Shown here one piece after another: positions 39,685-50,376 of a DNA stretch of 64,000 nucleotides. The notes below the pieces were generated by a model. It worked only from the letters and a program-made list of their open reading frames with translations. It ran no database searches and had not been told where the DNA came from. The translations under genes were made by a program, and so were the position numbers. Each line of letters starts with the position of its first letter. Positions within the stretch are counted from its first letter, which is position 1. The stretch is from Nitrospirota bacterium (GTDB lineage Bacteria; Nitrospirota; Thermodesulfovibrionia; Thermodesulfovibrionales; Dissulfurispiraceae): assembly GCA_963790025.1 (NCBI GenBank), contig CAWBMP010000004.1, positions 1,088,001 to 1,152,000 of the forward strand, given 5' to 3'.

Positions 39685-41058
39685 ATGAGCGCATTGGTAG
39701 CCATTGTCGGAAGGCCTAACGTGGGGAAGTCGGCGCTCTTCAACCGTATACTGAAAATAGGCGGCCTTCCCTTTCAATCAACGGCAATTACAGAAAGCAG
39801 ACCCGGTGTTACCCGCGACAGGAACTACGGGCAGACAGCGTGGGAAGGGAAACTGTTTACCGTTGTCGACACCGGTGGTTTTTACGCTGAGGGCATCCCG
39901 CATGAAACTGCTGAAATAGCCAGGCAGGTGAAGGAGCAGGCCCTGCTTGCTGTAAATGAGGCCGATGTTATAATTCATCTCCTCGACGGCAAAGAGGGGC
40001 TGAATCCGGCGGACCTGGAGCTTGCCGGCATACTCAGAAAATCAGGAAAAAAAATACTGTGGACAGTCAATAAGATCGACAGCATGATAAAAGAAAGCAG
40101 GGTGATGGAGTTTTACCGCATCGGCGCGGAATTAATCATCCCTGTTTCCGCCATAACGGGGCTCGGGATTGATGATCTTATGGCCCTGATCGTTGCCAGC
40201 CTTCCTTCAGGAGACGGGTCAGAAAACGCTACCCTGGAAAGGATATCGGAGAACTCAGAGACTTTGGGGGACAGTCTCCCCAGGATAGCTGTTGTAGGAA
40301 GGCCGAATACCGGGAAATCCACACTTATCAACTCTCTCCTCGGCAAGAGCAGACTCATCGTCAGCCCAACTCCAGGCACAACGAGAGATCCCGTTGATTC
40401 CGTCTGCACCTATTATGGGAGAAAGTATCTCTTTATTGATACCGCCGGAATCAGGAGAAAGCAGGAAGAATACTCCCTGGAGAGTTTTTCCATGATCAGA
40501 TCGATAAAGAGCATAGCGCGAGCGGATGTTGCCGTGATAGTCCTCGATGCGTCGGAGGGCGTAACCGACCAGGACCAAAGAGTTGCAGGCATTGTCGAGG
40601 AATACGGGAAGGGGGCACTGCTCCTCCTTAACAAATGGGACCTGGTAAAAGATCCCGAAAATGCCTTTAAAAAAATCACGGGCCAGCTCAACGGTAAAAT
40701 GTGGTTTATGCAGTATGCTCCTGTCATTACTACTTCGGGCCTTGAAAAGAAAAGGACAACCAAAATATTCCCCGTTATTGACGAAATCATCACTGAAAGA
40801 AGAAAAAGGATCACCACAGGAGAACTGAACAGGTCCATGGCAAAGCTTGTCTCAGCTATGCCACTTCCACGATACAAAGGCAAAGAAGTCAAACTTCAGT
40901 ATATTACACAGGTGGACATTGAGCCTCCGGTCTTCACTATTTTTGCGAATTACCCGTCCTCAATCAAAGCTCCACAGCGCAAATATATCGAAAGGGTCCT
41001 GAGGGATCAATACTCCTTTAAGGGGACTCCGATAAGAATATCTGTTAAGCCCCCGTAA
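39685..41058 (+). CDS. der: Ribosome biogenesis GTPase Der
   Basis: Two GTPase domains (GRPNVGKS, GRPNTGKS, DTGG/DTAG, NKID/NKWD). Confidence 0.97.
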   Translation: MSALVAIVGRPNVGKSALFNRILKIGGLPFQSTAITESRPGVTRDRNYGQTAWEGKLFTVVDTGGFYAEGIPHETAEIARQVKEQALLAVNEADVIIHLLDGKEGLNPADLELAGILRKSGKKILWTVNKIDSMIKESRVMEFYRIGAELIIPVSAITGLGIDDLMALIVASLPSGDGSENATLERISENSETLGDSLPRIAVVGRPNTGKSTLINSLLGKSRLIVSPTPGTTRDPVDSVCTYYGRKYLFIDTAGIRRKQEEYSLESFSMIRSIKSIARADVAVIVLDASEGVTDQDQRVAGIVEEYGKGALLLLNKWDLVKDPENAFKKITGQLNGKMWFMQYAPVITTSGLEKKRTTKIFPVIDEIITERRKRITTGELNRSMAKLVSAMPLPRYKGKEVKLQYITQVDIEPPVFTIFANYPSSIKAPQRKYIERVLRDQYSFKGTPIRISVKPP

Positions 41059-41153
41059 AATATGCTAAAATAACAAAGTTAGTGTCAAAGTCCTGGAGAC
41101 TCTGATACTTTGACATTCTGATACTTTGACACTGTTTTTTAAAGGGAGGAATA

Positions 41154-41573
41154 ATGCAAAAAATACTTGTTGCCCACGATGGGTCGAAGTCGTCCGATAA
41201 GGCATTAAAGAAAGCCCTGGAAATATCTATAAGCTTCAATGCTTCACTGACCGTTCTGGCTGTTGTCCCTGAGTTGTATCTTACAGAACTTCCGGATGCT
41301 GATAGAAACCGCATTTTCGAATCGTTGTCCGACGAGACACGGGATGCGATGGAAAAAATAAGAAAATCGTTGACCGGAAAACCGGTTGAAGTTAAAACTC
41401 TGATGAGACAGGGAGACCCTGCTGAAAAGATACTGGAAACCGCACAGAAAATGAAGGTTGATCTTATTGTTACCGGCTCTCACGGAAGGCACGGAGCAAA
41501 AAAATTCCTCCTGGGCAGCGTCTCATCCAAAATTGTGGATTATTCGAGATGCTCGGTCCTTGTTGTCAAATAA
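41154..41573 (+). CDS. Universal stress protein
   Basis: ILVAHDGS, GSHGR...LLGSVS. Confidence 0.95.
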   Translation: MQKILVAHDGSKSSDKALKKALEISISFNASLTVLAVVPELYLTELPDADRNRIFESLSDETRDAMEKIRKSLTGKPVEVKTLMRQGDPAEKILETAQKMKVDLIVTGSHGRHGAKKFLLGSVSSKIVDYSRCSVLVVK

Positions 41574-41577
41574 TATC

Positions 41578-41697
41578 AAGGCAAAAGATAAAAGGCTATG
41601 GGCAAAGAGCTAAATGCGAAAGGCTAATGGCTAAAGGTAAAAACAAAATACAAACTTTGCACTTGCCTTTAGCCCTTTGCCTATAGCCTTTAGCCTT
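41578..41697. repeat. Inverted heptamer array (AAAGGCT/AAAGGCA vs TTTAGCC/TTTGCCT) between convergent genes
   Basis: About 8 forward units and about 5 complementary units; same family at 264-455, 34878-34990, 42294-42331, 51536-51582, 55433-55592. Confidence 0.8.
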
Positions 41698-42292
41698 CCT
41701 TTCTTTCTACTATCTTTTTCAGGTTCTCCAGGGACCTGCTCTCTATCTCCCTGTGCAGGTTGCCTCCATGGGTATCCATAGTCACAATCACCGGAAAGTC
41801 TTCAACCTCAAACAGCCACATAGCCTCAGGCTCGCCGAACTCCTCGATTTTCCATCCTTGTACAACACGCTTTATTCTGTCAGCAAGGTAAACTGCGGCC
41901 CCGCTCATGGTATGCAGATAGACGCAGCCGTATTCCCTGAGCGCGCCCAGAGTATTTTCACCCATACCGCCCTTGCCGATAATACCTTTAAGACCGTAGC
42001 GCCCGATTACATCGGCTTCATACATCTCGACCCGCATACTTGTGGTCGGCCCGGCGGATATTAATCTATAAGAATCGTCTTCCTTAACTATAATGGGCCC
42101 GCAGTGGTACAGCACGCCACTATCAAGCTTAAACGGTATTACTCCGGCAGCAGGCCTTTCGTCGAAAAGGAATTTATGGACCTTGTCGCGGCCGGTCACA
42201 ATCTGTCCGCTCAGAAGCAGCATATCGCCGACCTTAAGGCTCCTGATATCCTCGTCCGACAAGGGCGTTACCAATTTTTTGGGTTCTGTCAT
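41690..42292 (-). CDS. Fe-S hydro-lyase (fumarate hydratase/tartrate dehydratase) beta subunit
   Basis: TGRD, YHCGP, GPTTSMR, GKGG. Confidence 0.92.
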   Translation of the reverse strand: MTEPKKLVTPLSDEDIRSLKVGDMLLLSGQIVTGRDKVHKFLFDERPAAGVIPFKLDSGVLYHCGPIIVKEDDSYRLISAGPTTSMRVEMYEADVIGRYGLKGIIGKGGMGENTLGALREYGCVYLHTMSGAAVYLADRIKRVVQGWKIEEFGEPEAMWLFEVEDFPVIVTMDTHGGNLHREIESRSLENLKKIVERKEG

Positions 42293-42334
42293 GTTTTACC
42301 TATCGCCTTTTGCCTATAGCTTTTTGCCTTCAAG

Positions 42335-43195
42335 TTACCATACCAGCTTCCCCCTCCTGTTAGCCCAGCAGGCAAAGGAAATATCTACAAAATACGATGC
42401 AGGATGGCGGTGTGCAGCTGCAATCTTTACACCAAGTGCTGTGGTCTGCCCCCCGAACCCAAGAGGCCCGATGCCGAGACTGTTCACTTCATTGTGTATC
42501 ATTGACTCGAGTTCGGCAATAGCGGGATCAGGGTGCACATCATGAAGTCTTCTCATCAACTGCCTTTTTGACAAAAACGATACCTGGTCTGTTGCGCCGC
42601 CTATAGCTACAGCTATAGTGTACGGGGGGCATCCTTTGCCCTGGGCTTTGAACACTGCATCCAGGACACACTTCCTTACACCCTTAAAGTCCCTCTCGGC
42701 AGCTACGTCAATTCCCCCTATATTGAGCAGGGCAGGAAGCTTATACATCTGCCCCAGATTTTCACTCCCCGCGCCTTTTAACATAAGCTCGACCGTCAGT
42801 GTCTGCTCGTCGGTTTCATCTATGTACACCAGGGGGAATGAGTCGCCGACATTGTCCCCGGAATTCAAATCAGTGATGCTGCTTACGGCATTGGCCCTCA
42901 GGGGCACTCTTTTTGTAGCCAGCCGTGTCGCATCAACTATGACCTCTCTTATATTACGATGGCTCAGCCCTTTCGGGACCTTGACAAAAAAGACAGGGAA
43001 CCCGGTGTCCTGGCATATCGGACGATTGCTCGTCCTTGCGAGGGAGACGTTTTTCAGGACAATATCGATAGATTTCCTGGAAAGCGGTCCGGTTTCCTTC
43101 GCACCGGTTGCCTTCAAGGCCTCCTCGATGTCGTTGGGAATAGAGGTTGCAACCTTTCTGTAGAGTTCAACTATGCCGTCACGCAGTTTTAGCAA
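42335..43195 (-). CDS. Fe-S hydro-lyase (fumarate hydratase/tartrate dehydratase) alpha subunit
   Basis: PICQDTG, KGAGSEN, GCPP, HPAS, CWANR. Confidence 0.92.
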   Translation of the reverse strand: MLKLRDGIVELYRKVATSIPNDIEEALKATGAKETGPLSRKSIDIVLKNVSLARTSNRPICQDTGFPVFFVKVPKGLSHRNIREVIVDATRLATKRVPLRANAVSSITDLNSGDNVGDSFPLVYIDETDEQTLTVELMLKGAGSENLGQMYKLPALLNIGGIDVAAERDFKGVRKCVLDAVFKAQGKGCPPYTIAVAIGGATDQVSFLSKRQLMRRLHDVHPDPAIAELESMIHNEVNSLGIGPLGFGGQTTALGVKIAAAHRHPASYFVDISFACWANRRGKLVW

Positions 43196-43399
43196 ATTAT
43201 TCTCCCGCTTTATGGCCCTTTTGTCTTACTCAAGTATATCAGAATGGTCGGGATTTAGGAAGGCGATTTACCAGGTATCGTCTTCGACCGGAAGTTGCTA
43301 TTTCGGCTCTCAATTAGTGTTATTATATCACTATGAGACATTTCCAGGCCAATTCATGATCGACAGGCTGCCGGAGAAGGAGGGACACAAGCCAGAGCG

Positions 43400-43939
43400 A
43401 TGATTAGCGCTAAAGAATTCTTGAAAATATTCAAGGAAACGGGATTCGATCAGCCGGCGTTGAAGAATTTTTACCGGTCCGTGCGCAAAATGAATATTTT
43501 TTTACGCCTCGGCAAACGTTCATTATCTGAAATCTTCCGACAAGAGGAAAAGTATCAGTGGCCGATATTACAGAAAATCGACAACCCGAATCTCGCTCTA
43601 TACCGGAACGCCGACAAAACCCTGCTTGATGCATTCATAAAAACCATTGAAATCGAGAAAAAACTGCGGGAGCAAAAAGGGCACATGGACAGGGTCAGAT
43701 ATTGGAGCGCACTTCAGGATGTCATAGAAGAGCGAACAGAACTTTTCAGGAGCATTTTCGATTTTTGTGATAGGGACGACCGGCACTGCGAAGCCGTAGC
43801 GGAGCGGTACAAAAGGGTTACTGACCGAAAGGCGAAAAGACGCACAGCGCTGGGAATAGGAATCGGAGCAGGGGCCGCAGCAGGGGCCGCAGCAGGAGCC
43901 GCCGCCCTCTGGTACATTACGAAGAAAGAAAAAAAATAG
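43400..43939 (+). CDS. Hypothetical protein with C-terminal Gly/Ala-rich membrane anchor
   Basis: Helical soluble body, then LGIGIGAGAAAGAAAGAAALWY followed by KKEKK. Confidence 0.7.
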   Translation: MISAKEFLKIFKETGFDQPALKNFYRSVRKMNIFLRLGKRSLSEIFRQEEKYQWPILQKIDNPNLALYRNADKTLLDAFIKTIEIEKKLREQKGHMDRVRYWSALQDVIEERTELFRSIFDFCDRDDRHCEAVAERYKRVTDRKAKRRTALGIGIGAGAAAGAAAGAAALWYITKKEKK

Positions 43940-44030
43940 CGTTCAGCGTACTGCGTTCAAATGAATAATAATGCTTCACTGCTTTCCGGTTTTTTAGACG
44001 CTGTACGCAGTACGCAGAACAATCTATTTT

Positions 44031-46850
44031 TCATTTCTTTATTTCTCCGAGAATCCGGCCTAACGCTTCAAGGGCCTTCCCAGCTTCCGAGTATTTACCC
44101 TGCCCCATGAGACTCCGGTATTGATCATAATACTTCACTGCAGACTTGATTGAGTCTTTGGCCGGGACTTCAGCGTTCGCTTTTGTCTCTTTGGCAGTTT
44201 CCCGTATATATCCGCCAGTAAAGAATTTATTCAGGGCATCTTCGAAGCTGGTGCCATATGAAAGCTGGTCTCCGAATACTACTACCACCCTTCTCAATTC
44301 AGGCATTTTACCCACCGATGCCTGAAGATAAATAGGCTGGACATACATCAGCCTGTAATTTGATAACGGAATGGCCAGCAGATTCCCGAACAATACGGAT
44401 GAGCCCTGCTGGTTCCACAAAGTCAGGTCCTTGCTTATGACCTCATCCTGGTTGATCCTGATGCCTATCTGGAGAGGACCGTACACAAGTTTGTCTTTCG
44501 GGAACTTGTAAAGCACGAGCTTACCGTATTTGTCGCCGTCACATCTTGCTATGAGCAGAGAAACCATATTGTTCCGCGGATTATTTTTATCTGCGGAATA
44601 AGGCGAAAACGGCAGGGCCAGCACGAATTCTTCCGCTTCGCTGTCCGGCAGGCGGGATATAAGGTAGTAAGGCGTAACATGTTGCGACTCCTCGGTCTTG
44701 GACGCAGCGCGCGACAGTTCCCATGCATCTTCACGATTATAAAAGACATGGGGACTGTTCATGTGATAGGTTGTGTATATCGAACTCTGGATGTCTAACA
44801 GGTCCTCGGGATATCTAATATGCTTTCGGATAGATGCTGGCATTGCTGCGATGTCCAGGAACATGCCGGGAAATGCCTTTGCATAGGCTTGTGCAACAGG
44901 ATCTGTCTTGTCGGCAATATAAAAAGATACAGTCCCGTTGTAAGCGTCCACTACCACTTTAATGGAGTTGCGGATATAGTTTATTCTGTAGTCTGCTACC
45001 GGCTGAGAATACGGATATGTATGTGCTGTCGTATAAGCGTCCCAGATGAAATATATCCTGCCATCGACAACGGCATAATAAATATCAGAATCATACCTGA
45101 GAAAAGGCGCGATATTCCGGATTCTGGAACTTATGTCCCTGCGGAACATTAAACGGCTTTCGGGGGTCAGTTCCTGTGTTGTGAACATCCTTATCCCTTC
45201 AAACCTCAAAGCAAAGGCAAGCTTCTTAAGGAACGTATCAAGCTTTATCCCTCCCTTGCCTGCATAGTTATACTCAGCGTTCGTATCTCCTTTGGGATAG
45301 TCGAATTCCTTTACCCTGGTGTTTACATATATCGTGTTCAGGGATTCCTCTCCGAAATAAATCCTCGGCTGATCGAGTTTAAGCTCAGGATGCATTGTTG
45401 CAGGGGGTATATCTTTCAACAGGTAATCGGGAAGTCCTTCGCTGCCAAAACTGTTGACGGGTGCGGCGACTGCCCCATAGCCGTGCGTATAGACAAGTCT
45501 CAGGTTCTGCCACGTCTTGGATTGGGGGGCAAGCCGTTCTGTATTCAGTTCGCGTAGGGACAGCATCAACTGAGTGAGTTTTCCATTCAGTATATATCTA
45601 TCTACGGCGACGTCGTTAAAATAATAATAAAGACGTAAGGCCTGGTTCTGATTGTTAGCCGCCTGAAGGATCTTGGGGTCCCATAGCCTGATACTATCAA
45701 CAATGGCCCTGTCGTTCTTTGTAATAGGCTCAACCGATGTGTTCACAGGGTAGTCTATCTCCGCAATTCTATTCAGTCCATAGGCCTCTCTCGTGAATGC
45801 AATATTTCTTTCCAGGTAAGGGGTTTCGAGCGGGAGTTCGTTCGGAGATACCCTGAGATGCTGAAGGATCTCCGGAACAATACCGACACCAAATATTTTC
45901 ACAACAAGAAAAAGCACTACACCGATACCAAAAGTAGATATCGTTTTCCTGGTTGATTTCGCAAAAGCCGAAATAAGAAATGCAATAGCACAAATTCCGA
46001 GAACTGCAATCATCACATTGTACGCGGGCAATTGGACATTCAGGTCAGTCCATCCGGCCCCATATACAACTCCGCGATGTGAATACAGCAATTCCCATCG
46101 GCCCACCAATGTATCGACCATAATAATCAGTGCGCCCACTACAGACAGTATGGACAGATGAGTTATCAACCTGTGAAGGAACGGCTCCATCAGAGACTTC
46201 AGATCGATTCTCTGCCAGTTGACGAGCTGCTCATATAATGCAGTCTCTCTGAACAACAATCCCTCAAAAAAATACAAAGCTATAGTCAGGATTACGCTGT
46301 AACCAAAGATACTTTCCGCAAAGCCGGCAAACACCTTAATAAAAGGCAACGTAAAAATATAAAATCCTATGTCCTTGTTGAAAACAGGCTCTGCCTGTCC
46401 AAACGGCACCGCATTCATGAACAGCAGCAGTTCATTCCAGTAAGCTGAAAGCGCTAATCCGAACACAATAAAAGCAAAGAACTGGACAATCATGCCGGCC
46501 TTTATCAGCAGACGCCGATTTGGATGCGCGATAAACTCAGGTTTTGCCTTCTTGAAAAAGTGGTTCCATACCAGGATCGTAACAAAACCCAATATAGCGG
46601 CAAGCAGGCCGCCTAGAGAGAACATTGCAGCTTTAATCAGAATGAGCTTCCAGAAGCGCTGGGTGTACCCCGCCTCCTGGAACCATAGAAAGTCTGTATA
46701 GATATTTTCCGCTAAGTAGATACCTTTATAAACAAGAATGCCGGCCAGACCAATTAAAACTGCCTTGCCATACTCTCTCCTGCCTGCTCTACGGAATGCC
46801 GGCAAAAAGAATATCAGGCATACCACAACCAATAAGATTAGATCCAGCAC
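44031..46850 (-). CDS. UPF0182 family membrane protein
   Basis: DIGFYIFTLP, IRLWD, YTHGYG, NYIRNSIKVVVDAYNG. Confidence 0.92.
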   Translation of the reverse strand: MLDLILLVVVCLIFFLPAFRRAGRREYGKAVLIGLAGILVYKGIYLAENIYTDFLWFQEAGYTQRFWKLILIKAAMFSLGGLLAAILGFVTILVWNHFFKKAKPEFIAHPNRRLLIKAGMIVQFFAFIVFGLALSAYWNELLLFMNAVPFGQAEPVFNKDIGFYIFTLPFIKVFAGFAESIFGYSVILTIALYFFEGLLFRETALYEQLVNWQRIDLKSLMEPFLHRLITHLSILSVVGALIIMVDTLVGRWELLYSHRGVVYGAGWTDLNVQLPAYNVMIAVLGICAIAFLISAFAKSTRKTISTFGIGVVLFLVVKIFGVGIVPEILQHLRVSPNELPLETPYLERNIAFTREAYGLNRIAEIDYPVNTSVEPITKNDRAIVDSIRLWDPKILQAANNQNQALRLYYYFNDVAVDRYILNGKLTQLMLSLRELNTERLAPQSKTWQNLRLVYTHGYGAVAAPVNSFGSEGLPDYLLKDIPPATMHPELKLDQPRIYFGEESLNTIYVNTRVKEFDYPKGDTNAEYNYAGKGGIKLDTFLKKLAFALRFEGIRMFTTQELTPESRLMFRRDISSRIRNIAPFLRYDSDIYYAVVDGRIYFIWDAYTTAHTYPYSQPVADYRINYIRNSIKVVVDAYNGTVSFYIADKTDPVAQAYAKAFPGMFLDIAAMPASIRKHIRYPEDLLDIQSSIYTTYHMNSPHVFYNREDAWELSRAASKTEESQHVTPYYLISRLPDSEAEEFVLALPFSPYSADKNNPRNNMVSLLIARCDGDKYGKLVLYKFPKDKLVYGPLQIGIRINQDEVISKDLTLWNQQGSSVLFGNLLAIPLSNYRLMYVQPIYLQASVGKMPELRRVVVVFGDQLSYGTSFEDALNKFFTGGYIRETAKETKANAEVPAKDSIKSAVKYYDQYRSLMGQGKYSEAGKALEALGRILGEIKK

Positions 46851-47048
46851 AACGTCCCCCCTTCTATATGTATATGAGTGAATGGGTTAATGAGTATATG
46901 AGTAAAAAATGATTCTGTCCAGTCACGCGTGTACCCAGTAACCCATATACTAATCTACTCAGTAATAATACAGCAAATGAATAATCCATGCAAAAAGTCG
47001 CCTCCAACCTCTAACCTCTAGCCTTTCAATTCTGATACACTAAGAATA

Positions 47049-48116
47049 ATGAGAAAGGTTGCCTTCACTGCAATAGCGGTTTTATTTATTTTATTGGCTC
47101 ATTCCTGCGACACGTATAAAACAAGAGCCTTCAGAGAAACCCGCGTTTCACTCTATACCGTTGTTACCATTACTGTATATTCCGACTCTGAACAAAAAGC
47201 GAAAACTGCTGTCGATGCTACCTATAACGAGTTGGAAAGACTAGGAGCGCTCCTGAACTTTTATTCGGAAAACAGCGAAGTATCCATGATTAACAGGTTT
47301 TCCGGGATAAAACCGGTTACGGTTTCAAAAGACACCGTTAATGTTGTCGACAGGGCGCTTTACATATCGCGCAGTACCGATGGGGCGTTTGATATAACTA
47401 TCGGCCCCATCGTCAAAATGTGGGATTTTGAAAAAAAAATCCTCCCCGACGAAAAGGCGATTAAAAAGAAATTGTATCTTGTTAATTACCGGAACGTTGT
47501 TGTCGATAAGGCAAAGTCGACGGTTTTTCTGAAGAAAAAAGGAATGCAAATAGATTTGGGTGGAATCGAAAAGGGCTATGCCGCCGATAGGGCAGTCGAA
47601 GTATTGAAACATAACGGAATAACAGCAGGCATCGTCGCTGTCGGAGGCGAGGTCAAGCCTTTTGGAACAAAACCCGATGGGGGCTTGTGGAACGTAGGAA
47701 TCAAAAACCCTCATCAAAAAAACAAGAAAGACGAGATTATTGCAATAGTAAAGCTTGCAGACCAGGCCATATCGACATCAGGCGGGTATGAAAAATATTT
47801 CATAAAAAACGGGAAGTGGTACCATCATATACTGGACCCTGCAACAGGTTATCCTGCTTATGGATGCCAGAGTGTCAGCGTAATAGCTAAAAACGCTCCT
47901 GACGGTTTCCCCACCGGGATCTTCGTTCTGGGCCCTCAAAAAGGCATGAAAGTCCTCAAGAAACTTGGGCTGGACGGGATTATAATAGACAAGTCCGGAG
48001 CAGTTTTGACTACCGATGGGATAAAGGACAGGGTGGAGCTTGTAGGGTGGCGAATAAATAACTTGTGGATTCAGGCGCTCAGATCTGGGTCAGGAGATAT
48101 TGCACAAGCGCTGTAG
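47049..48116 (+). CDS. apbE: FAD:protein FMN transferase (ApbE) lipoprotein
   Basis: Lipobox LAHSC, GAFDITIGP, DLGGIEKG, STSG, HHILDP. Confidence 0.92.
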   Translation: MRKVAFTAIAVLFILLAHSCDTYKTRAFRETRVSLYTVVTITVYSDSEQKAKTAVDATYNELERLGALLNFYSENSEVSMINRFSGIKPVTVSKDTVNVVDRALYISRSTDGAFDITIGPIVKMWDFEKKILPDEKAIKKKLYLVNYRNVVVDKAKSTVFLKKKGMQIDLGGIEKGYAADRAVEVLKHNGITAGIVAVGGEVKPFGTKPDGGLWNVGIKNPHQKNKKDEIIAIVKLADQAISTSGGYEKYFIKNGKWYHHILDPATGYPAYGCQSVSVIAKNAPDGFPTGIFVLGPQKGMKVLKKLGLDGIIIDKSGAVLTTDGIKDRVELVGWRINNLWIQALRSGSGDIAQAL

Positions 48117-48792
48117 CGGCAATTGCAGCGGTCTCTGCACGAAAAATACGTTTCCCGAGTGTCGTCCTTACGATGCCATGCTCTTCAGCCTTGCGGACCT
48201 CATCCGCGGTAAATCCGCCTTCAGGGCCGACAAAGATATGGACAGCCTTCCCGGTATCGATTTCGCTCATTGCATCTGAAAGCCCTCTTCCGCCCTTTTC
48301 CCAGAAAAGCAGGCCGTTCATTTTATTCTCAGCAAATAAGCCGTTTAATTCCTCCGGGACCCTGACCGACGGGACGACCGATCTTCCACATTGCTCGGCT
48401 GCCTCTTCGGCAATCGTATTCCACCTCTTCAACTTTCTCGTTCCTTTAACAATGCTGCGCTCTGTCACCAGAGGCAGAATTTCGGAAACCCCAAGTTCTG
48501 TTGCCTTCTGGATTATCAGGTCCATTTTCTCACCCTTGAGCAGGCCCTGGCAGAGGATGAGAGGCACAGGCAGTTCTGCGTTCAACGGGAGTTCTCCCGC
48601 GATATCGATAAAAACATCCTTCTTAACAATCGAAACAATCTGGGCCGAATACGCCTTCCCCCTGCCGTCGATAACTGTAACTGCGTCACCTTTTTTACAT
48701 CTGAGCACCGTAAAAAGATAGCGAGACTTTTCGGGCGGCACTTTAATGTGCTGTTTTTTAGCTATAATCTCAGGAGGAATGAATATGGTCAT
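48079..48792 (-). CDS. rsmE: 16S rRNA m3U1498 methyltransferase
   Basis: QKATELG, EAAEQCGR, GPEGG, RAETA. Confidence 0.95.
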   Translation of the reverse strand: MTIFIPPEIIAKKQHIKVPPEKSRYLFTVLRCKKGDAVTVIDGRGKAYSAQIVSIVKKDVFIDIAGELPLNAELPVPLILCQGLLKGEKMDLIIQKATELGVSEILPLVTERSIVKGTRKLKRWNTIAEEAAEQCGRSVVPSVRVPEELNGLFAENKMNGLLFWEKGGRGLSDAMSEIDTGKAVHIFVGPEGGFTADEVRKAEEHGIVRTTLGKRIFRAETAAIAATALVQYLLTQI

Positions 48793-48920
48793 CAGATTTT
48801 CTATTATTATACACTGTAAGATTTGACATTTACCCAACTTGCAGGTCACTCAGATATCCAATATAATGTAATCAATAAGGATTGAATGCTATCTTACCCT
48901 ATACGGAAAGGGAAAAACCT

Positions 48921-49469
48921 ATGGAAAAGTACCTTAAGCAGAGAATCACAGAAATATTGGACGCCCGTGAAAATTATTTTAAGTCGGCTTATGAGGCTGT
49001 TATCGATATTTTAATAGAGATGGCGGGGGATAGCGCTTTAGACGCTTGCGTTCATTTTAATTGCGCAAAGGACCATGAAAAGAAATTACAAACCGGTGAG
49101 GCCCTTGTGATCAACATAAGCCGCGCCCAACCGGCGAATAAAGTACAATATGTTTATCTTGACGTGGCTGAAATGAATGCGCGTGCGACTGACGATTTTT
49201 TTTATTTTGTTAAGCCTGAAGAAATTGAACCAACTCTGAAGAAACACTTTGCAAAGCATCACGGAGCTGGGACGACCCTCGAAGAAGCAAAGAACAAGGT
49301 TGTGGACAAGGTCGCTGAATGGATCGGCGAGAACACTGTTACCGACTTCGAGATATGCGGGAAGATCGATGAGGCACTCGAGGAGTTCGACCTGATTCTA
49401 CATCATAGCCCTGAGCATTTAGTGGTAAAATGCCTGGCGTGTCAACGTGAAATGGCGAAACAAAACTGA
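48921..49469 (+). CDS. Hypothetical protein
   Basis: Clean 182-aa ORF with purine-rich SD-like sequence. Confidence 0.65.
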   Translation: MEKYLKQRITEILDARENYFKSAYEAVIDILIEMAGDSALDACVHFNCAKDHEKKLQTGEALVINISRAQPANKVQYVYLDVAEMNARATDDFFYFVKPEEIEPTLKKHFAKHHGAGTTLEEAKNKVVDKVAEWIGENTVTDFEICGKIDEALEEFDLILHHSPEHLVVKCLACQREMAKQN

Positions 49470-49508
49470 CTCGTAAACATTCGCAGCTGTGGACCTTGTC
49501 CGGTCCAA

Positions 49509-50372
49509 TTATAAACCGGCACTATGAAGCAGAAAAACAACAACTGAAGCACAAAGACAATATATTCCGAATAGATGCCAACGGCCACCCTCCAGCCAAT
49601 TGGAAAGCCATCTAAGGGCTATGATTCCGGAAACAAAGCTCAATACCATACCGATCAGACTGGGATAAAAAAGAGCTGTCATGCCCGCAACATCAAATGC
49701 AGACGAATGATGTGCCTTCAGTAATCTCAACACTTCACGGACTATTACAGGCGGCGTGAGAACAACTGCAAGGGCGAAACTAAACTCCTCAACTCTTGCC
49801 TTTGAGGTCCCCAAAAGAAGACCGGTGGATATAGTCGCCCCGGAACGTGAAAATCCGCGAAAAGGTAAACAGATGCCCTGCACCACTCCTATAGGCCAGG
49901 CCTGCTTTAAACTCATAAGGGTATTCTTACCGGCTGAATGACGGCTTTTCCATCCTGAAAAAATAATTAAAGCCCCTACGGCAGCAAGGGATACCGAGAT
50001 CAGTACCAGGTTACCAAAGATAAGCTCAATCTCCGCATGCGGGACATCCCCCAATATGAATCTCTCGATCAGGGATTTCAATGATAAACCTACTAAACCA
50101 GTCAGCAATGTAGCAGCCATGATAAGTTTCAGTGAATCCAGCAAAACTTTTACCGAAGTAAAAAAACTCTTTTTCCACGAATTCCAGAAAAAGAAGATGA
50201 CTGCGAACATCGTACCGGTATGAAGCATCACAAGCAGGAGTGTCATTTCCGGACTGGTTGGGTCAAGTCCCATCAATTTCGCTGCAACTATAACATGAGC
50301 GGAACTTGAGACAGGCAGTAGTTCGGCAGCACCCTGGATTACGGCGAGGACGAGAATTTTTAGCAGTGTCAT
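49509..50372 (-). CDS. uppP: Undecaprenyl-diphosphate phosphatase
   Basis: QGAAELLPVSSSAH, GFSRSGATI. Confidence 0.92.
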   Translation of the reverse strand: MTLLKILVLAVIQGAAELLPVSSSAHVIVAAKLMGLDPTSPEMTLLLVMLHTGTMFAVIFFFWNSWKKSFFTSVKVLLDSLKLIMAATLLTGLVGLSLKSLIERFILGDVPHAEIELIFGNLVLISVSLAAVGALIIFSGWKSRHSAGKNTLMSLKQAWPIGVVQGICLPFRGFSRSGATISTGLLLGTSKARVEEFSFALAVVLTPPVIVREVLRLLKAHHSSAFDVAGMTALFYPSLIGMVLSFVSGIIALRWLSNWLEGGRWHLFGIYCLCASVVVFLLHSAGL

Positions 50373-50376
50373 TGGA

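Noticed and set aside
48065..48721. 218-aa + strand ORF after apbE
   Set aside because: Antisense to rsmE.
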